From Trichlorobacter lovleyi SZ (GTDB taxonomy: Bacteria > Desulfobacterota > Desulfuromonadia > Geobacterales > Pseudopelobacteraceae), in NCBI RefSeq assembly GCF_000020385.1, contig NC_010814.1, positions 2,790,001 to 2,822,000 on the forward strand: DNA of 32,000 bases, written 5' to 3'. This document shows positions 30,600 to 32,000 of this stretch, piece by piece. A model generated the notes under the pieces. It was not told the origin of the DNA. It did not search any database and was given only the letters and a program-made list of their open reading frames with translations. Position 1 is the first letter of the stretch, and every line of letters begins with the position of its first letter. A program made the position numbers and the translations under genes.

Positions 30600-32000
30600 A
30601 TGCTGAGAACGGTAGTACATCATATGAAACTGCGCAGCAAACTGCTGTTGCTGGTGCTGCCGCTGGTCATCACCCCGATTATCGTGGTGGCGCTGGTGAC
30701 CGGCTTTATTGCCAACCAGAAGGCCTATCTGGGCATCACCCAGACCAGCAAGGACGACCTGCAGCATATGGCTGATTTCACCATTGACCTGCTGCGTTCC
30801 TACGACAAGCAGTACCAGGACTACCGCCAGGAGATATCCGGCGATCTGGAAAACGAACTGGCATCCCAGGCCTTTGCGGCCCTGAAGGCCAAAATCAAGA
30901 ACAAGCGGGTCGGCAAGACCGGCTACATCTACTGTATTGACCGCAGCGGCACCCTGAAGATCCACCCCGAGGCCGAGGGGCGCACCATCATTGACGCCAA
31001 GGACTCCGACGGCAATCCGTTCATCCGCGAGATGGTTGAAAACAAAAGCGGCTGGATACGCTACCCCTGGGAGAACGTTGGCGACCAGAAACCGCGTATG
31101 AAAATAGTACGTTATGAATATTTTCCCACCTGGGACTGGATCGTGGCGGTCGGTTCCTATGAAGATGAGTTCTACAAGGAAGCCAATGCCATCAAGAGTC
31201 ACATCTTCCTCAGCACGCTTGTGCTGATCGGTGTGGTCGGCCTCCTGGCCACCCTGTTTGTCTTCTATGCCTCAACCGTGGCAACCAACCCGATCACCCA
31301 TATGATAGAGACCATCCGCAAGGTTAAAAGGGGCGATATGCAGGCACGGATGGAGGTGGTCGGCAGTGACGAACTGGCAGAGATGGCCACCGCCTTTAAC
31401 CATATGACCGACATCATCCAGCGTAACCAGGAGATGGAAAGCACCCTGGCGCAGCAGGGCAAGATGGCCTCCCTGGGGGTGCTCTCGTCAGGTGTGGCCC
31501 ATGAGATCAATAATCCGCTGGGGGTAATTCTGGGATATGCAGCCTATCTGGAAGGGAAGCTCTCCCCTGATGATCCGCATTACAAGTACATCCATGAAAT
31601 CAAGCGGGAAAGCAAACGCTGCAAGAAGATTGTACAGGATCTGCTCTCCTACGCCCGTACCCCGCGCCCCACACTTGAGATGACCGACCTGAACGAGCTG
31701 CTGACCGAAATCGTCGAGTTTGCAGCCAACCACACCGACATGCGGGGAGTCACGATCAAGCCGGAATTTGAGGCGAACCTGCCCAGGGTGCTGCTGGATG
31801 GCGATCAATTGCGCCAGGTCGCCATCAACCTGATCCTGAACGCCGGTGGTGCCATGCCTGAAGGCGGCACCCTGCAGATCAGAACTGAAGCCGGCCCGGA
31901 ACGGACTGTTAAAATCAGCTTCCAGGACACCGGTTGCGGCATCCCCCGGGAAAGCCTGGAAAAGATCTTTGAGCCGTTCTACACCACCAAGGCCCGCGGC
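30600..32000 (+). CDS. Sensor histidine kinase (TM, single-Cache periplasmic domain, TM, HAMP, HisKA, HATPase_c); 3' end outside the window
   Basis: My own translation gives MLRTVVHHMKLRSKLLLLVLPLV, then a Cache-like GYIYCIDRSGTLKIHPEAEGRTIID...GWIRYPWEN...WDWIVAVGSY. A second TM and HAMP (DELAEMATAFNHM) follow. The H-box is SSGVAHEINNPL, the N-box is LILNA, and DTGCGIP is present. The frame stays open to 32000. An alternative start is the ATG at 30624. Confidence 0.9.
   Translation, partial: MLRTVVHHMKLRSKLLLLVLPLVITPIIVVALVTGFIANQKAYLGITQTSKDDLQHMADFTIDLLRSYDKQYQDYRQEISGDLENELASQAFAALKAKIKNKRVGKTGYIYCIDRSGTLKIHPEAEGRTIIDAKDSDGNPFIREMVENKSGWIRYPWENVGDQKPRMKIVRYEYFPTWDWIVAVGSYEDEFYKEANAIKSHIFLSTLVLIGVVGLLATLFVFYASTVATNPITHMIETIRKVKRGDMQARMEVVGSDELAEMATAFNHMTDIIQRNQEMESTLAQQGKMASLGVLSSGVAHEINNPLGVILGYAAYLEGKLSPDDPHYKYIHEIKRESKRCKKIVQDLLSYARTPRPTLEMTDLNELLTEIVEFAANHTDMRGVTIKPEFEANLPRVLLDGDQLRQVAINLILNAGGAMPEGGTLQIRTEAGPERTVKISFQDTGCGIPRESLEKIFEPFYTTKARG

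Noticed and set aside
1-32000. I searched for CRISPR arrays, IS elements or transposases, integrases, prophage genes, toxin-antitoxin pairs and known defence-system signatures.
   Set aside because: I saw no regularly spaced direct repeats, no terminal inverted repeats flanking an ORF, and no recombinase, nuclease or defence motifs. The only repeated elements are short GC-rich terminator hairpins (aagccccgg-type) and short in-frame codon repeats.

Overview
The window looks like a GC-rich chromosomal segment from a Gram-negative anaerobe. The gene content resembles Desulfuromonadota/Geobacter, but that is inference only. I see no rRNA, tRNA, CRISPR array, transposase or integrase. Coding density is high, and many long mirror-strand ORFs in the track are GC-bias artefacts.

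Layout:
- 1-14.7 kb is mostly housekeeping. It holds a partial NifX/NifB-like gene, rpsF-rpsR-DUF2232-rplI, a DUF21-CBS-CorC transporter, a 1094-aa AsmA/YhdP-like protein, lpxC and cysE, class I fumarate hydratase, a DUF815 ATPase, and a DEAD-box helicase followed by an ABC-F ATPase.
- 15.2-21 kb is the most unusual part. A CHASE2-sensor class III adenylate cyclase converges on a tightly packed operon. That operon encodes a TPR plus beta-barrel outer-membrane protein, an orphan secreted FecR-domain protein with a 10-proline tract, and a Thr/Ser-rich lipoprotein. I rank this as a candidate undescribed trans-envelope signalling or surface-lipoprotein module.
- 21-32 kb is a signalling and accessory neighbourhood. 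It holds a CBS/DRTGG family II pyrophosphatase, a ferredoxin-nitroreductase fusion, an HD-GYP protein, two CxxCxxCC (YkgJ-type) proteins, a CspA-type cold-shock gene, and an APH-like kinase fused to a P-loop kinase. It also holds an OFA-family MFS transporter behind a near-consensus sigma-54 promoter, a PilZ protein, and a partial Cache-HAMP histidine kinase.

Non-coding observations:
- Intrinsic-terminator-like hairpins sit inside the leaders of both cold-shock-type transcription units (helicase and csp).
- The rpsF leader contains an anti-SD element.
- Palindromic TTGCA sites lie upstream of the sigma-54 promoter.

All domain calls rest on motifs I recognised by eye. No HMM or database search was possible.
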